This document shows positions 35,801-50,000 of a DNA stretch of 64,000 bases, piece by piece. The stretch spans positions 1,860,001 through 1,924,000 of the forward strand of contig JAYWIR010000020.1 in the NCBI GenBank assembly GCA_036172245.1, read 5' to 3'. The notes beneath the pieces were generated by a model. It was not told the DNA's origin. It worked only from the letters and a program-made list of their open reading frames with translations, and ran no database searches. Position numbers and translations under genes: made by a program. The stretch's first letter is position 1; every line of letters starts with the position of its first letter. This DNA comes from Raillietiella orientalis (taxonomy: Eukaryota).

Positions 35801-38800
35801 AACGAATGTGCCCGAAGGAAGTGTTGGCTAAGAAGCGGAGCACGCACTTTCCTGCACATGAAACTCGTTTACAGGTGTACCTCGTTTACAGGTTTTCTCT
35901 TCTCGTGGATCCATCCATCCAGTCGCTTGTGTTGCGAAGGTGTTCCCAAATAAACCTGCTACCATTCTTGCTCTTGGCTTCTCTTTGCATCCTGCACCGC
36001 CTCACTCTCGTTGGATGCACGGGAAGACTTAAGAAGTTGCAAAGAGTCCCCAAGCCTTGAAGTCAAAGATTTAAACTCATCGTCTTTGACGGCTGAATCA
36101 TCGGTCGGTGAAAGGACTGCTTGGAGGTGGAGGCTTCCGATACTGAATCAGTTTTCATCTTTCAGAGATTCACTTATTACCCGCTGCAACCTCCAGACGC
36201 TGCATTCTCAGTATCTGCTACCTAATGTCCTTATCTGCATTCGAAGAAAGCTTCCCATCTCATGTTTGTTGCTGAACAGAGCAAAACTTGAAAAATCATG
36301 CATCTCGCAGGACGCAGCAACAGCAAACTGATGATATACAGCCATTATGATGCAAGACAGGGATAGGAAACCTTTTTTGTGGATCTCCCTGGAATGTCCC
36401 CAAGTTGCAATTATCCACCTCACTGTGAGCCTCCACTGTATAAATCCACTACCTCACTTAATAGTTGGGCTGAGTAAATTAAGAGTCCATGTAACGAATA
36501 AGGAGGGGGAGAAACGCACGAAATTCGCTGCATATGATACTGTGAAGAAACGGGGTGTATTTATCAAGCGGGCATGCTGCCCATTGTGGCAGAAAGGCTT
36601 TCCACCACGGACGAAGGTAGACAAACAAAACTGTGATGGGTGCAGTAAATTGCAACGTGTGCTCCTAAGCGACATGCACCTGCACATCTTTCAGTTGATG
36701 CTTTCCTTAGGCATGCAATGCATTCAGCATGCAAGTGCATCGCATCAATCCACGTGTCTGATACTTTAAAGGATCAATCCTTCAATGTTTCAGATTCGTG
36801 GACTCTACCTTCACCTTTAACTTTCCTTTTCACTCTCAGCATTCCCTAAGAATATTCTCATGCTGACTCTGCGGCTTGTTTCTGAGTATGTCTGAGCAGT
36901 CTGAGTTCCCTGCAAGACCGAAAGAGGAAGCCAAGCTTTTCGCAACCGGCCGCACGCCTGATGGGCCAAGACCCATCAGGCGTGCGGCCGGTTGCGTACC
37001 TAACAGCATTGTGAATTATGCTGCTCTCCAGAATCAATAGAATGATACCCCATAAAATGAGATTTTTGCTCTCCAGCATGCACCAAAGGCTTCCTCAGCT
37101 AGGCATCCACTTTTGGTGGTATAAGTGCACTCTTAAGATAAGCGCACTTTGCTTACTCCAAGGTGTACCTTGAGCAGTGTTCTCTAAGCTTCCTCCCACG
37201 ACAGTAATAAATGTGTATGTATCCCAAGCATGCGTACGTACGATACACGCGTTTTTACGCTGAATTGCACTGCATGCTACCAGATAGTCTGCTTATGAAT
37301 AGTACTGACTCAGTTTTTGTGGGAGTGACTCACGAGTGCATCAGGTGACCCTTGAAAATTTTCCAATCGTAGGGACTCGCTAAAAGCATTTCAGCCCGAT
37401 ACGTGGACTGCCGTATCAGCAACAAATTGAGTTGCTTTCTCTGCTTAGCTTCAGGAAAAAAATGAGTCGACTGAGTTGAGTTAGCGGAGCAGATGACCCG
37501 CACAAGGATGCATTTCCTTGGAACTTTCGGTCAGTCTTTCAAGATGAATGGTTTTGAGGACAGTCTGAGATGTGAAAAAATAACGTTTTCTGTTAATAGG
37601 AAAGAGGGGGGTGGGGCAAATTTGTGCGTCCACAGTGATCCAATAATTCGAGACACGATTTTGTATAATTGAATAGTTTGAACAAGTGTAAACTCAATTA
37701 CAAAGGGTAAGAAAACTCCTAAATGATCCACTAAAAAGATTTCTAAGCGAAGTAATCTATTAACAAGCCCAAACCTCAAGAGTATTCCACGACAGAAATT
37801 ATCGAGCCAGTACCAACTATTTGGAGATCGGGATTTTTGAACGCGAAATCATTTTTCAAGAATGAGCAAGAATGAATGCAGTTCCTAAATCCTGTGGATC
37901 ATTGACTTGAGCTCACTTGATCAGTACCGCACGACAGCACGAGCAAGTCCAGTAAGGAGGTCAATAGAAAAATGGGAACCTCCATGAGAGTGCGAACAGG
38001 AAACAGTTTTGATACAAGAATGAAATATGCAACCGAAGCAATACATAACCAGACCTGTACAAGTGACCAAAAGACATGAATACATTGACAAGCAACCCAT
38101 TTATAAAACGACAAAAATTCAAACTTCAGAGGATCGAGGAACTCAACAGGAAGATGAGAGATGTAGTTTAGCAAGCACATGAAGGCTGACCCTTTGTGCT
38201 GAGGTGACCTATGAGCAGTTTCTTGATTCCAAACAAAAGATCGAAATTTCGGAAATCGATGGGGATCAAGCGATGATGGATGGATCCGAGATGCTCCGTG
38301 GGCTGGAGCACAGATGACTGAACCACCGAACAACTTTCGCATGATTCTCCGTCTGAAAGAGCAAGCGAGCAAAACACAATTATGGTTGAGCAGGAGTCCG
38401 GGACTTTCTACAAGGCTTTAGAACAGCTGGATCTAAAAAATTTGAAACGTGACATTTTGTGGTTTACGATATGGTTTTGAGTCCAGTAATCGTGCACATG
38501 AAATTGCATCAGAGTTTTTGCAGGTTGCTTTCGTTAAAGATCGAAAACAAGGTTGTTTCGTTTAAACTTTTGAGCAATGTGCACTTTACTCAAGCTGCAA
38601 TTCTTGTGATGAAATTTTCATCTTTTCCTTTCCCTCTAGGCTTCAATTCTAAACGCCACGTTGTAAAACAAATTGTAATCGATGGTGTTTTTCTACTTGT
38701 TTTTTGCGTGTGTCTTTACATCTTCCATTAAGCGTGACTCACAGGTGATTTTCTCAACTTATTTTATTTTGCCATTATCTGCTCATAGCTGAGGCATTCT

Positions 38801-41297
38801 AGCGAACTTGCAATTACCAAAGCCGTTCCTCTGGTCAGTTGCCATTCCCTGATTCTTTTCCAGCGTTTTCACCCATTTCTTCGAAATCCCATGAGCAAAC
38901 TATTCTTTGCCGGCACTTGAGCTTCATCACGTAAGGCAGTCTTGATTGGCAAGTGTAATTACTTAATCACCGTAGTTAGCTCGTATTCAAACACGATTTG
39001 TTCGTTCCGTATAGCTTCAATTTGGTTCGACAGATCTCTTGTCACTTTACATGTTGTTAGTAAAAGATACTTAAATCACAAAAGGAGTGGGCTATCTGCA
39101 AGAAATCAATGATTTGGCTTCTTACCTGATTTTCCAAGGAATCTGGCCTTCTCCTGCAGAGAAAAACAAGGTTTTCCTGAAGCACTTGAAGCTTCCGCCA
39201 CTGGGTTAGTGCGTCCCCTGATTTTCGATTTTTGGTTCTCCATTCTGCCACTCATCTTGACAATTAAAATATTTGTTTTGTGCTATAAATCTCACATATT
39301 CATCGATATATAAATTCTTTTATGGATTTCACATCTCTATACGTCCATCCTTTCAGAGATCTAAATGGTCCCGTTTTTTCAACTTGCAACTTGTTGCTGT
39401 TGACTTTATTTCGGGTCTCAGGTATCATACATGGTTCTAATGATTTTAAAACCATCGTGTTTCGTTAAAACTTTTCCTATTTCTTGCTATACAAGTTAAT
39501 AATATCGAAATAAACTTACTATTTTTGAGAACTTGAAACTAAAGCTCAGGAAAGAATTTCAACTTTGCATGGCCATGAAAATTTGAACCAGAAAGGAAAA
39601 AAAGAAATCGCCATTTCGTCGTACTCAGTAGAATGATTTTCCCCTGAAATACTATTTTTCATTATATGGTTTTTCTTGTCACACAGATCTCCATGGCCAA
39701 TGCTACGGCATTAACAAAATTGATCTCCAAGCTGATATTTGCTGAAGCACATGGAATGCATAACGATTACCTCCAATGATTAGCCTTTATATGCTTAATT
39801 AAGTGCTACACTTCAGGGGAAGGCTCAGAATTTCAACTTTCCTTTCGATAAAATCGAATTAATCCCGAGTTTTTAGCTTAGCTGCAACATTTTAGTTTAG
39901 ATTTAAGAATAAATAGGTCGACCCAAAAGCACTTGCTAGAACTCAGAAAAATAAATTCATTACGTTTTAATTTATTTAAAATTTATGGTATTCAATACTG
40001 ATTACTGTTTTGAAGATCCCGAAAAACGGTATACTAAAGAGATATTTGCAGGAGTAATACAACTTACAATATCATTAAGTGTTGCTTTTTTAAAATCTTA
40101 TTCTAAGGACAAAGGGGAGATCGCAGGACTTACTAGGATTAAATGCCTCAATTATATTTTTTTCCCCCTGGTATGCAAAACGTGGTAAACGTGTTCACGA
40201 TCGGTTGCTTCGAAAAAGTGTTTAAGGAGAAAACTAGGAAGAGGAAAGGCGCAAAGATGTTGTGGTAATAGTTCCCTCCACCCCTGATAATCTGAACTTA
40301 ATAGCAATCTCATGTTAGTATTTGATAATTTTTTTCGAGTATTGATCAACGGGAAGTCGTAACTGAGAAACGCACGCAACATGGTGCAATCTGTTACACA
40401 AAAATAAGTTTGTACGTGTTTGCAAATCAAATTTGACGCACGGATAGAAACTGCATCAACAAAAATGATAGTTAAATCTTCAACTCGCTTTGGGACAAAT
40501 TAGTGCCCCGTTGCACTTTGTGGATGATGTAATACAACATCAGAGTTAGCACCGAGTGCAAACGGGCATTTAGAGCTGAAAGATGAAAATGAACCAGTTT
40601 AGCAACAAAATGACGGTTTGTGGTGAAATTGAAACTTTTATTACAAAATAACGGCGTTGGAAACTTCTTGCTCGTCAATTTTTAAAATTGATCACATTAA
40701 AAATATGCATAGATCTGAATGGTTGGTTCAATTCCTTTGAAACCGTTGCACACAAACTGCATCATAGGTTCCTGATACCATGGTGTTTAATACGAGTACA
40801 CTTAGGATGGAATAGCACTTCACTGCAAAAATACACATCTATCATCTATACTCATCTATTTACCAAAGTAGGTATCAGCAAACAAAATCTGCATAATAAT
40901 TCAGTAACCACAAAACAATGATGGAATCATGGGAGCCATTACTCAATCCATGATACATTTAGTATCATTTCTTTCACTTTCATGTAGTTTCATTTTTTAC
41001 ACTTGTATAGATAAAAACCCAGGAAAAGAATAAAAAAAATGCCAGTTGTCTCTTGTAAAAAGAACAAGTGCTGAAATTTTACTACTCATTTACTTCGATC
41101 TGAATATCCATCTGACATCTAAAAGGCTTCTGTAAAATTTCTATAGAGCACTGATTAGTGTAAATTTCATAAACTGCAAAGTGCTCATTTCAAATATCAA
41201 ACACTTTCCTTAAGGCACTGTGTGTTACAAGTTGGTTAAATTTTCAAGTTGCACAGGTATTCAAAACTCAAAGCACTTAGGGTCACTTGACACACAA

Positions 41298-43778
41298 TCA
41301 CTGAACACCAAATCGCTTTTGCTTCAATGATGGCGGGAGTTTATTTTCTATGCTGAGTGGTGTGACTTCAATGGCAAGAAAGCAGCTGATATCCAGAGGA
41401 CCAAAATGCATCAAGTACTGCAAGGACAAAATCGTGAATTAAGTATAAATTTCTATAGAGAGATGGGGATGACTACCTTGTACCTGCGCCATACAGTGCA
41501 GTTAGTTCTCTTCTCATATGGCCTTTCACATGACATTTTTGCTAACTTCTCAGACATCTAAATCAGGGGGGTTGGATAAGCAGATAAACATCTAATCCTT
41601 CATCCTTACCTGCTCCAAAACCCACACAGTATTGATATCATGTAATAGGATTTTTGCTTCTTGAGATGGATGAAAGCTCAATCCCTGAATGATATAGCGA
41701 CTTGGTATCATTTTGCAGTGCCATCTGCACTGGCATTTATCAACATCCCACTCTACAATCTCCTGATCTGCATGTGCCACAAGCAATTGCTGACCATTAG
41801 GATGCAAGCATAATGCTGTGACTGTGCTTTTGTGATGAGGGAACTGAACCATTACATGCATCTGAGATGGATAAGCTACATCTAAAACCATCACGTTATG
41901 GCAAAGGTCTGCTACAGCTACCCGACTTAGGCAACTAGTTGACATGATATGCAGGAGATCCGTACTTTTGGAAGGGGCTACAAGAGATCTCCAATTTCTC
42001 TTCCTATCTCCACTCACCACAACTAGAAATCAGAACTGGCTGCTTGTTCTTTAAACCAAGCAATTGCACAGAGCCCATCAGAGAACAACAAACAAGAAAA
42101 TCTCCTGAGGGCAAAAAGTCCATGATATATGCAGGCAACACACCAGGAGGTGTTTTAACATGTTGCACTTGTCCTTGTGAATAGGTGAATAATCGTATTG
42201 AAGAAAGTGATCCATAAGCAAGCCAGGATCCATCTGGGCTGAGTGCACTGCACAAAACAAAGTTACCACCTTTGCTCTCCAATTGCAATACTTTGGAAGC
42301 ATTCTTCAGGAGAGGAAGACAGCAACCTACTTCTTCTGTGCTCAACTGTGCTTCTCCCAGAGTCCACAATTCCAAACTAGTACTGTTTTGTAGAAGCAAC
42401 AGTTCAGCACAAGCTGCTGCATGCACTGGTGTCCACTACACTGACATGAAACTATGGTGAAAGGCATAGCTACTCACCTTGGGAAGTGGTGGATACTTGA
42501 CAAATACTTTGGGAGGATAGTTGCTAACACATAAGTAAGCATCTACCCCTATTTAGAAAGCAAATAAGACAAGGACACCAAATTTTAGCTTACCCCCTGA
42601 AACAAGACCAACTCTTGTTAATGACAAAGCACGAACATCATGAGTGTGAAGCATCCTTTGTCCACTTCTTACCCACTGCTGCCGCTCTGCTAGGCAAACA
42701 GAAATGAGCCTCAAAATGGTGGGATCAACCCCAGAGGCATATACTTCTTTGCCATCTTCCGACATAGCAAGGCACAAGACATCTGCTTTGTGACTGCGTA
42801 TTGCAGTTATCAGTGTGCCATGTTTGCCATCCCAGAAACAGGTTTTCCCACTTGATGCTACATAGAATAATTCAAAACACATTCCATACACCAACCGAGA
42901 ATCCCCACTGACAATAGTCATATCTTCAAGTAACAGAATTGACCATACAAGAGTTTCTTTCAAACGCTGATCACGACCTGTGCTGATGCGAATGACAGCA
43001 TGACCTGTCTGTACATTCCACAGACGCACAGTATCCACTGAGCCTGTTGCAAGATACTGGCCACCTTTATGCCAGCTTAGGCAAAGTACTCTGCCTGACA
43101 AATTCACATGCGCATATCTATATGCGCTACTTTTTCCTACCTTCTTGCTTATCCAACATTCTCATCGTGCCCAAGTCCCTGTCATTTCCATCAAACAAAC
43201 AAATGTACCCACCTTCTGTACCAACCTTTACAACAATTAGTACTAAACTGTCAGAATATAACTCACAGCAATAGCTGTTCCATTTGGGACGACATCCATA
43301 CACCAACCAGCACCAGATACCAGTGGAACAGAGAGCTACAAAGCTTGCAGTCACCCTTGAGATAATGTGGTTCACCTACTTCAACAGCAACTTCTTGGAG
43401 ATTATATCTTGTAAGAAAACCTCCCAGGCCTGTGGATAGTAGACATCCATTCAACCACACAATTGCTTCAACAGAGCCTTCATTTGATGGTGCAATAATC
43501 CTTTCCAAATGCATACAATGCTCAAAATTCCAAATTTCAATAGAATTATCAGCTCTGTAAAGCATAACATTACAACATGTGTTGGTATCTTATACATGGT
43601 AAATAAATTACAGTTTATTCACAATTTTCACCAACTCTTAATAGTAGATGCTTGCACAATACACAACTCACCTGGAAATGGCCAAGCGATGGCCAGATTG
43701 TTTATCAAGAGAAATGCAGTTTATTGCTTTGGGTTGGATTTCAAAAAATCTCACGGTATGCAAAACACTTGATGGCAT
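41298..43778 (-). CDS. UTP4: U3 small nucleolar RNA-associated protein 4 (UTP4/cirhin), WD40 t-UTP subunit; 11 exons, 649 aa
   Basis: Exons 43778-43672, 43554-43380, 43335-43267, 43225-43141, 43094-42896, 42850-42594, 42548-42478, 42435-42018, 41977-41610, 41557-41477, 41417-41298, all GT-AG with consistent phases. N-terminus MPSSVLHTVRFFEIQPKAINC...LAISRADNSIEIW, internal SGDSRGKTCFWD, HKADVLCL and HTHDVRAL, and C-terminal LPPSLKQKRFGVQ* match UTP4 family hallmarks. Confidence 0.95.
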
Positions 43779-45412
43779 TGTCACACAACTGGCTTATTTT
43801 CGCATTGTTATATGTTTACCCAAAAATTCAGAAACATTTGAAATTACTCCTGATTACTGAAGTAGTTACTACTGGGATCCACATGATTAGCAGAAGTACC
43901 AAGTTTGCTAGTAAAAACTTGAATTAAAATTGTGAAAATACATCCAGCGAGTTTTGTTTACGAAAGATTCTAGCACCACTTATAATGCTGTGAGTGCTCC
44001 AGGATCAAGAACAATCCAGTCAACAGTTTTTACTTTTTTAAAAAGAATGCGGAACCAAAGTTTAAACGCCTAAATGATAACGGACGTGGTTTGCATTTCG
44101 TGATTAGCATGTTAAGGTGAGAAGCCTCAGAACTCGTGTTGAGAGAATTTGTGAGCTCGACTGTTCAAAACATTGAGATTGAGTTGAGTTAGAAATCTGT
44201 TTGCTGTTTGAATCAATTCTACAGTTATGTGATAGACCAAATTTGCAACATAAAAAACAGTGGTAAATACAATAATGATAAATACATCAAAGAATCATTT
44301 TCTTTATAGTTTTTCAAAATTATTCGATAATAATAGCAAACTAAAGCTTCTAAAGAAGAATCCGGTATGCAGTATCTTTTTTCTGGTAAACTTGTTTCCG
44401 ACGCTTGTTTTCCAACCCAGACGAAGCGTTCCGGAAAAACTCAAAAAGGTAAAACTCTTATAACTTATGGAAGATCTGCGACTGAAACTGAGAAGGGATG
44501 TTGATTCGTCATGAGTGTCACTCTACTGGACAAGCTTATTTATTTCTGGAAGCCTAGCGTTCATCTGCAGACGTACGTTAAGAACTGAATAGGTAGAGAA
44601 TTACTTATTAAATAGAATTACCTAAGGAGTGTGCACAAATGCACGCTAAAGTCTGCGTGTTTAAAACTTAATTCCCTGTTCAGAGAGCGCATTCTGTTTC
44701 TCCTCACCTTGTGGAGTGCATCTTGAAGTTTCATATAAGCTTTATGACTCGGCGGCGGTAATTAATTAGCCCCTAAAAACAATCCCAATTATTGATATGA
44801 CTGCCGATGCCTTTTTGCGCTTCTAGTCCGTGGGCTCTGCTAGGGATGAGGTAAGTGGTGCAGATTTGTTATGACATTGCAATTTTGATTCTTACAAAAA
44901 ATGTGGAAACTTGTGGTTTGGGTTTCGTTCCAAACTCCATTTGAAACGAAACAATGATCTTATTAACAAAGTGTGTGCAAACATCCGTAATTTCCATGTT
45001 TTTTTTGGCTGGCAAGAGTTGAGTGTGGAAAAACTGTACGATGGTGGTGGGTGATAGCGGTAGTTAATATAGTATCTTGTCTCAGCTTTGTGGTGGGTAA
45101 AATTGTTTCGAGTAATTCTGTGATGTAACAAGAAAAAATAAAAGTAATAATAATAATTCAAATCGGCAGTGTGATCTCAGTAAAAACGTAGCTTCTTTGA
45201 AGGATGTCGTGGCCCGTCGAATTTTTAATGGTGAGTAAATCATTTTTGAATTTCTGGAATTGTGTCGAATCAGAAGAAAAAAGTGTCGAGTATATTTTGT
45301 TTTTGTATTTCATTAGGGGAAAATACATCATTTATCTTGAAACAGGGGAAGCAAATGGATGTTACATGTTTATGATTTCATAATGATTGACCCATGTAAT
45401 ACTGCTGCAGAA

Positions 45413-47098
45413 ATGGAAAGTACAAAAATACTGAAATATAAAGAAATTGTTGGGTAATGGTTCCCCTTCTGGATATACGTAATGCTTGTATTAGGCATCA
45501 TTCTAGATTTGCCATTAATTTTTGGAAAAGAACCAGTCATAATGCTGTAACTGGGAAATCAATTGCAAATTCAAATAAATCAGGTAGCACGAACATGCAG
45601 GATGAATCTGCGGATCGTAACGAAATGGAACCTACAAGTAGCAATTTTAGTGACCATAAGACATCTGTCAACTCTACTGTTACAAAGGGTTGGATATCTT
45701 TGTTTATTCCACTTACAGTTATTTGGTGCTTTTTAGTCACTCCTCTTCATGTCAACAGTGAGAATAAGCTTGGAAGAGAATGCAGTCATACAAAACACCA
45801 GAGACATAAAAAGAAAATTCTTCGCTACTGGGAATATTCCAACTATGGTATCTGGAAAAAATGCTATGGTCAGAGCTACTAGTTTCTAGAGTATTGTAAC
45901 AATTCTTTTAGCTCACAATCTGTGTCACTTGGGAGTCGATTTCAAGGTCATGTCCTACAATATTTTGGCACAGGCTTTGCTTGAAATGCACCCAGAGCTT
46001 TATGCTGATTGTCTTCCTGAATCATTGAAGTGGGAACACAGATGCAATGTGATCATGGAAGAAATCTGGAAGCTTAAGCCAGATGTATGCCAAGTGAACT
46101 TTGGGGAGTGATGAATCTGCTGTAGATCCTATGTATCCAGGAAATGCAAGCTGATCATTACAAGTGCTTCTTTCAGCCTCAGCTGCAAGCACTGGGTGAG
46201 ACTTTGGAGTATTAGACTAGGTATGGATTTGTGCTGCAGGCTATGAAGGACTCTTCAAGAAGCGAACCAATGAGAAAGTGGATGGTTGCAGCATTTTTTT
46301 TCGGAGTAGCCTCTTTCAGCTAGTAGATTCAGCAGCTGTGGAATTTTATCAAGAGTCTGTCCCTGTGCTTAAACGGGACAATGTAGGCCTGGTAGTTAAA
46401 CTGAGACCTTGCTTGCTGAGCAGTCAAGTGCTGTGTGTGGCCACAACTCATTTGCTGTACAATCCTCGTCGTCATGATATCAAGTTAGCTCAGTTGCAAG
46501 TTTTGCTGGCACAAATCGATCATCTTGCATACTGCAAGCAGCAGAATTTCTATTGCCCAGTGATATTGGCGGGTGATTTTAATTTGGAACCTCACAGCAG
46601 CATTCATCGCTTTTTATTGACTGGAAATTTGACGTATCAAGGCTTGGAGCCTCACCATTTGACAGCTGAAGATGGCATGGTTACCATGGGTGCTGAATTG
46701 CTTCCCTCGCATTTGGGCATCACTGATCAGTGTCAGTTACATCACATGTCCAGCTCAAGTGAACGTAACCCATCTACCTTTGGTTCTGGCACACTGACCC
46801 ATCCTTTTCATTTCCGTTCTGTGTATCCCTTTAAAGGGGCCACTACTCATCATAACTGCTGGGTCACCGTTGATCACATTTTATATAGGTGGGTGACGTA
46901 GTAGTAAGGAGATTAATGAACATACCAGTGTTTTGTAGTCCAGAGTGTCGACAACAGAAAAGAACAAACAATCTTAGATTGTTAGGTCAGTATAGATTAC
47001 CTTCACTAAAGGAGTGTAATAATTTGGGATGCCTTCCAACCATGGATTTTCCCTCAGATCACTTTCCTCTGGTGGCACGCTTCCTGTTGTATAAGTGA
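45413..47098 (+). CDS. angel: Protein angel homolog (CCR4/nocturnin/Angel EEP family, RNA 2',3'-cyclic phosphatase type); 7 exons, 472 aa
   Basis: Exons 45413-45453, 45495-45688, 45737-45868, 45912-46084, 46126-46195, 46240-46888, 46939-47098. Motifs FKVMSYNILAQ, PDILCIQE, KKRT..KVDGCSIFF, RDNVGL, TTHLLYNPRRHDIKLAQ, ILAGDFN, TVDHILY and PSDH. The N-terminal exons are less certain than the catalytic core. Confidence 0.92.
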
Positions 47099-50000
47099 CT
47101 TGGATGTTTCCACTGATCAGTGACAATAACAAATATTCTCGCAAGGGTGTATCATGGTCTTTAAATCTGTTATTTAAGAAGCATTCTGGATTCATATGAT
47201 GCTTGACTGTTCTTCATTGATTGATGAGGGATCAGGTAATGATGCAATGATGCTGTTTGCAATGAAATGCTTGACTAATCGCAGTAGGAATTGTTCTAGT
47301 ATCAAAAGCTAATTAAAACAAAGGAGTCGAGCTCACAAATCCATTAAATGTGAACCACTGTCATATCACTACTGCCACCATGTACAATCCTTTTCCATGT
47401 TGCATTCCAGACTATCAATCAAATTAGCAGACAATTTAGAGCATCACTACAATAAGGAGAGTAAAACGATGCAATGATAGTAGATTTTAAAAATCGAGAC
47501 ATCCAACATTACAGACAGCAGTAATGATTACAGTACTAATTGATTAAACTGAGCTACAAAAATCATGAGAAAAATCAAATGGTTGTTTCAGCCATTGCAT
47601 TCAATCAATGACCTAATCTTTTCGGTATTACCTGGAAATCGTTTTTAATAATGAACAGAAGTGAAAAACTTGTATACATCATTTGGTGGACTCAGTCAAT
47701 GTTTGGAATGGTTTTGTGTGCTTTTCCGGATTTTTCCATCGTGTTCTTCACGTTTGAGTTCTTATTAAATCTTAGCATTAGTAAGAACAGCAAGAGTTGC
47801 TGAATTCATTAATTCTTGAGATCTGTTATCTTTCTGCCGTTTTTTTTTTTCTTTTTAATCACAATGTGTTTTAACTGTGTAAGTGTTGCTTTTATTAGCA
47901 TTTGTATAGCTAAGTGATGAGATTCGTCCCGTGGACGTAACTCCCCATTTTTAAGATTCAGCTGATGGGCTACGTCGGTGTTTTCTTCTTAAACAAACAC
48001 CCTACAAAAAGAGGTTTTCTAGCCCTGCTGCTTAACATTCAAGAGTTTTAGCTTGAATACCTCCAAATCTTGCAAATGGAGTACATTTAAATACTTATTT
48101 CGGATTTGCGGATCGAGATCGATTAAGTTTACGGGTAGCCATAAGTAAAAATCTCCAACAGCGAGGTTGGATTTTGCAGTCGTTTATGCCAATTGCCTCG
48201 GAGTATTTGTAATCAAACTAAAAAAAAAAAAATTTTTTTTTTGTCTGCTACTGGTAATTTTCATCTAGCTGCAGTATTGGACATAAAACTTCCATATTGC
48301 TGCCATGATTCCTAATTCAGTGCCAGAACTTTGTGTTACAAACAGTTTGTGAATAACGGCGTCCATGCAAATAATGGTGGGTCAAACTTTCCGTTGTCGG
48401 TTCCGTCGGCATCAACTGTGCATCGCGAGTGTGTTGTATTGGCGGCTATTCAGGAATGTTTGCTCCTGTATGAAAATTACTAATACGACCGGTCCAGGGA
48501 AGAAGCACTTCTTGCTTATCTTAGGAACACGAACTTTTTTACGAATTCTTCATTTTAATTGGAGGAACACATAGAACTTGGTGTTCACAATCCGCGCCAT
48601 TGGTTCGCAATACTCCGTCCCGGAGCTGCCACTATAACTGAACAAAGGCAAATTGATGGTTATCAGGAGGTTAATTTAAGGGTTATTTGTTTGCATTACT
48701 CGGGCATTTGTTTCTGCTAGCTAAATCATCACCATTTGTTTGATTAAGACAGCAAGCAAAAACTGAAAAAACGGAAGAAACGAAGTGTGAGTAGAAGCTC
48801 CCAAGCAAATGATAATTTTGGATTCGAATTCTTAGTTTTCGAGTAATTAATATTATGATTTCGAATCTGAGAGTTCAGAAATTCGAAATCAGCTTTCATA
48901 AATATACATTACAACGCGTTGTTTAAATCATCCTTCTATAAGACTAGATTTGAGCAGATTTCATTGAATAACGGAAAGAACAGACACTGCAAGAGCGTCT
49001 TTTACTGAGAGACCCGAAGGGACTGTCTCAATATGCATATGGTAGCTTTACATTTTGTTTGGTGTTGAAAGCGTTATCTTCTAAACATAAAGCCAAATTA
49101 TCTTTTCCTTTTTTAAATGGTTTTCATCGACGGAGCAGTTACAGTCAACTGTGGAATATTGCAAGAACTTCTCTGATAATTTTTGTTCCTGGTTGCTAGA
49201 TGTTCAAGATGTTGTATGATGCATACTTGCATTTTTAAATACAATCAAATCATCCCATTTTATGCATGGAATATGGCATAAATGTAATTACCACAGAACG
49301 AGTTCAAGATTAATCCAAGAGCACTTCCTATAAAATGTAAATTTTTGCACTATGACGAAAATGATGTAAGGTTCCACTTACATCCTGTTCCAATATATGC
49401 ACCCAGATTTAGAGATCAAAGGCTTCTACTTGAAATCTTAAAGGTTTATTCTACAAAACATGCATTTTATGCAGTTGTTTTTTTTTGCATAAGTGAGTGG
49501 GAGGCAAAATAGGGAACAAATCCAACAGCAAATTAAACAAGGATACTTCTTTTCATCGTATCAAAAAAAAACCTTAAAAAAATTATTAAATACATTATGG
49601 TATAAATTTTTCTATTTCTATGCAAATTCGCTTTCTTTTTCCAAACATTTCGCACATCCCTTCCCAATTTCCTACTGCCATCTAAAAAGAAACAGTTGTA
49701 CAAATTGTTCAGTTAATAAAATCTCTTGGCAGAATTTTTTTGACTTACTGTGTCATTGAAAAGTCGACCTTAAATATGTAATGCTTGTCATGTAAGGTCA
49801 AAACAGAAGATCAATGCCACTGTTTTCTTGAGAGAAATCATCAACTTGGAGCTGTTGATGGACTTTAGGGGAGAGGGAGAGGGTCTCGTGAATGGTGCTC
49901 GGTACCACACGTGTTCTGCTACTTGTAAACTTTTCTTTGTACAAGTTTCTTTCACTAATACATTTTTTTCCATGGCATGTTAGCAGCTTTCTATAAACCA

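Noticed and set aside
43108..43128. Small hairpin gcgcata-tcta-tatgcgc in UTP4 intron 4 (mirtron?)
   Set aside because: The 46-nt intron and ~8-bp stem are too short, and the stem does not pair the intron ends.
48220..48242. A13-T10 palindrome
   Set aside because: Low-complexity homopolymer junction with no further support.
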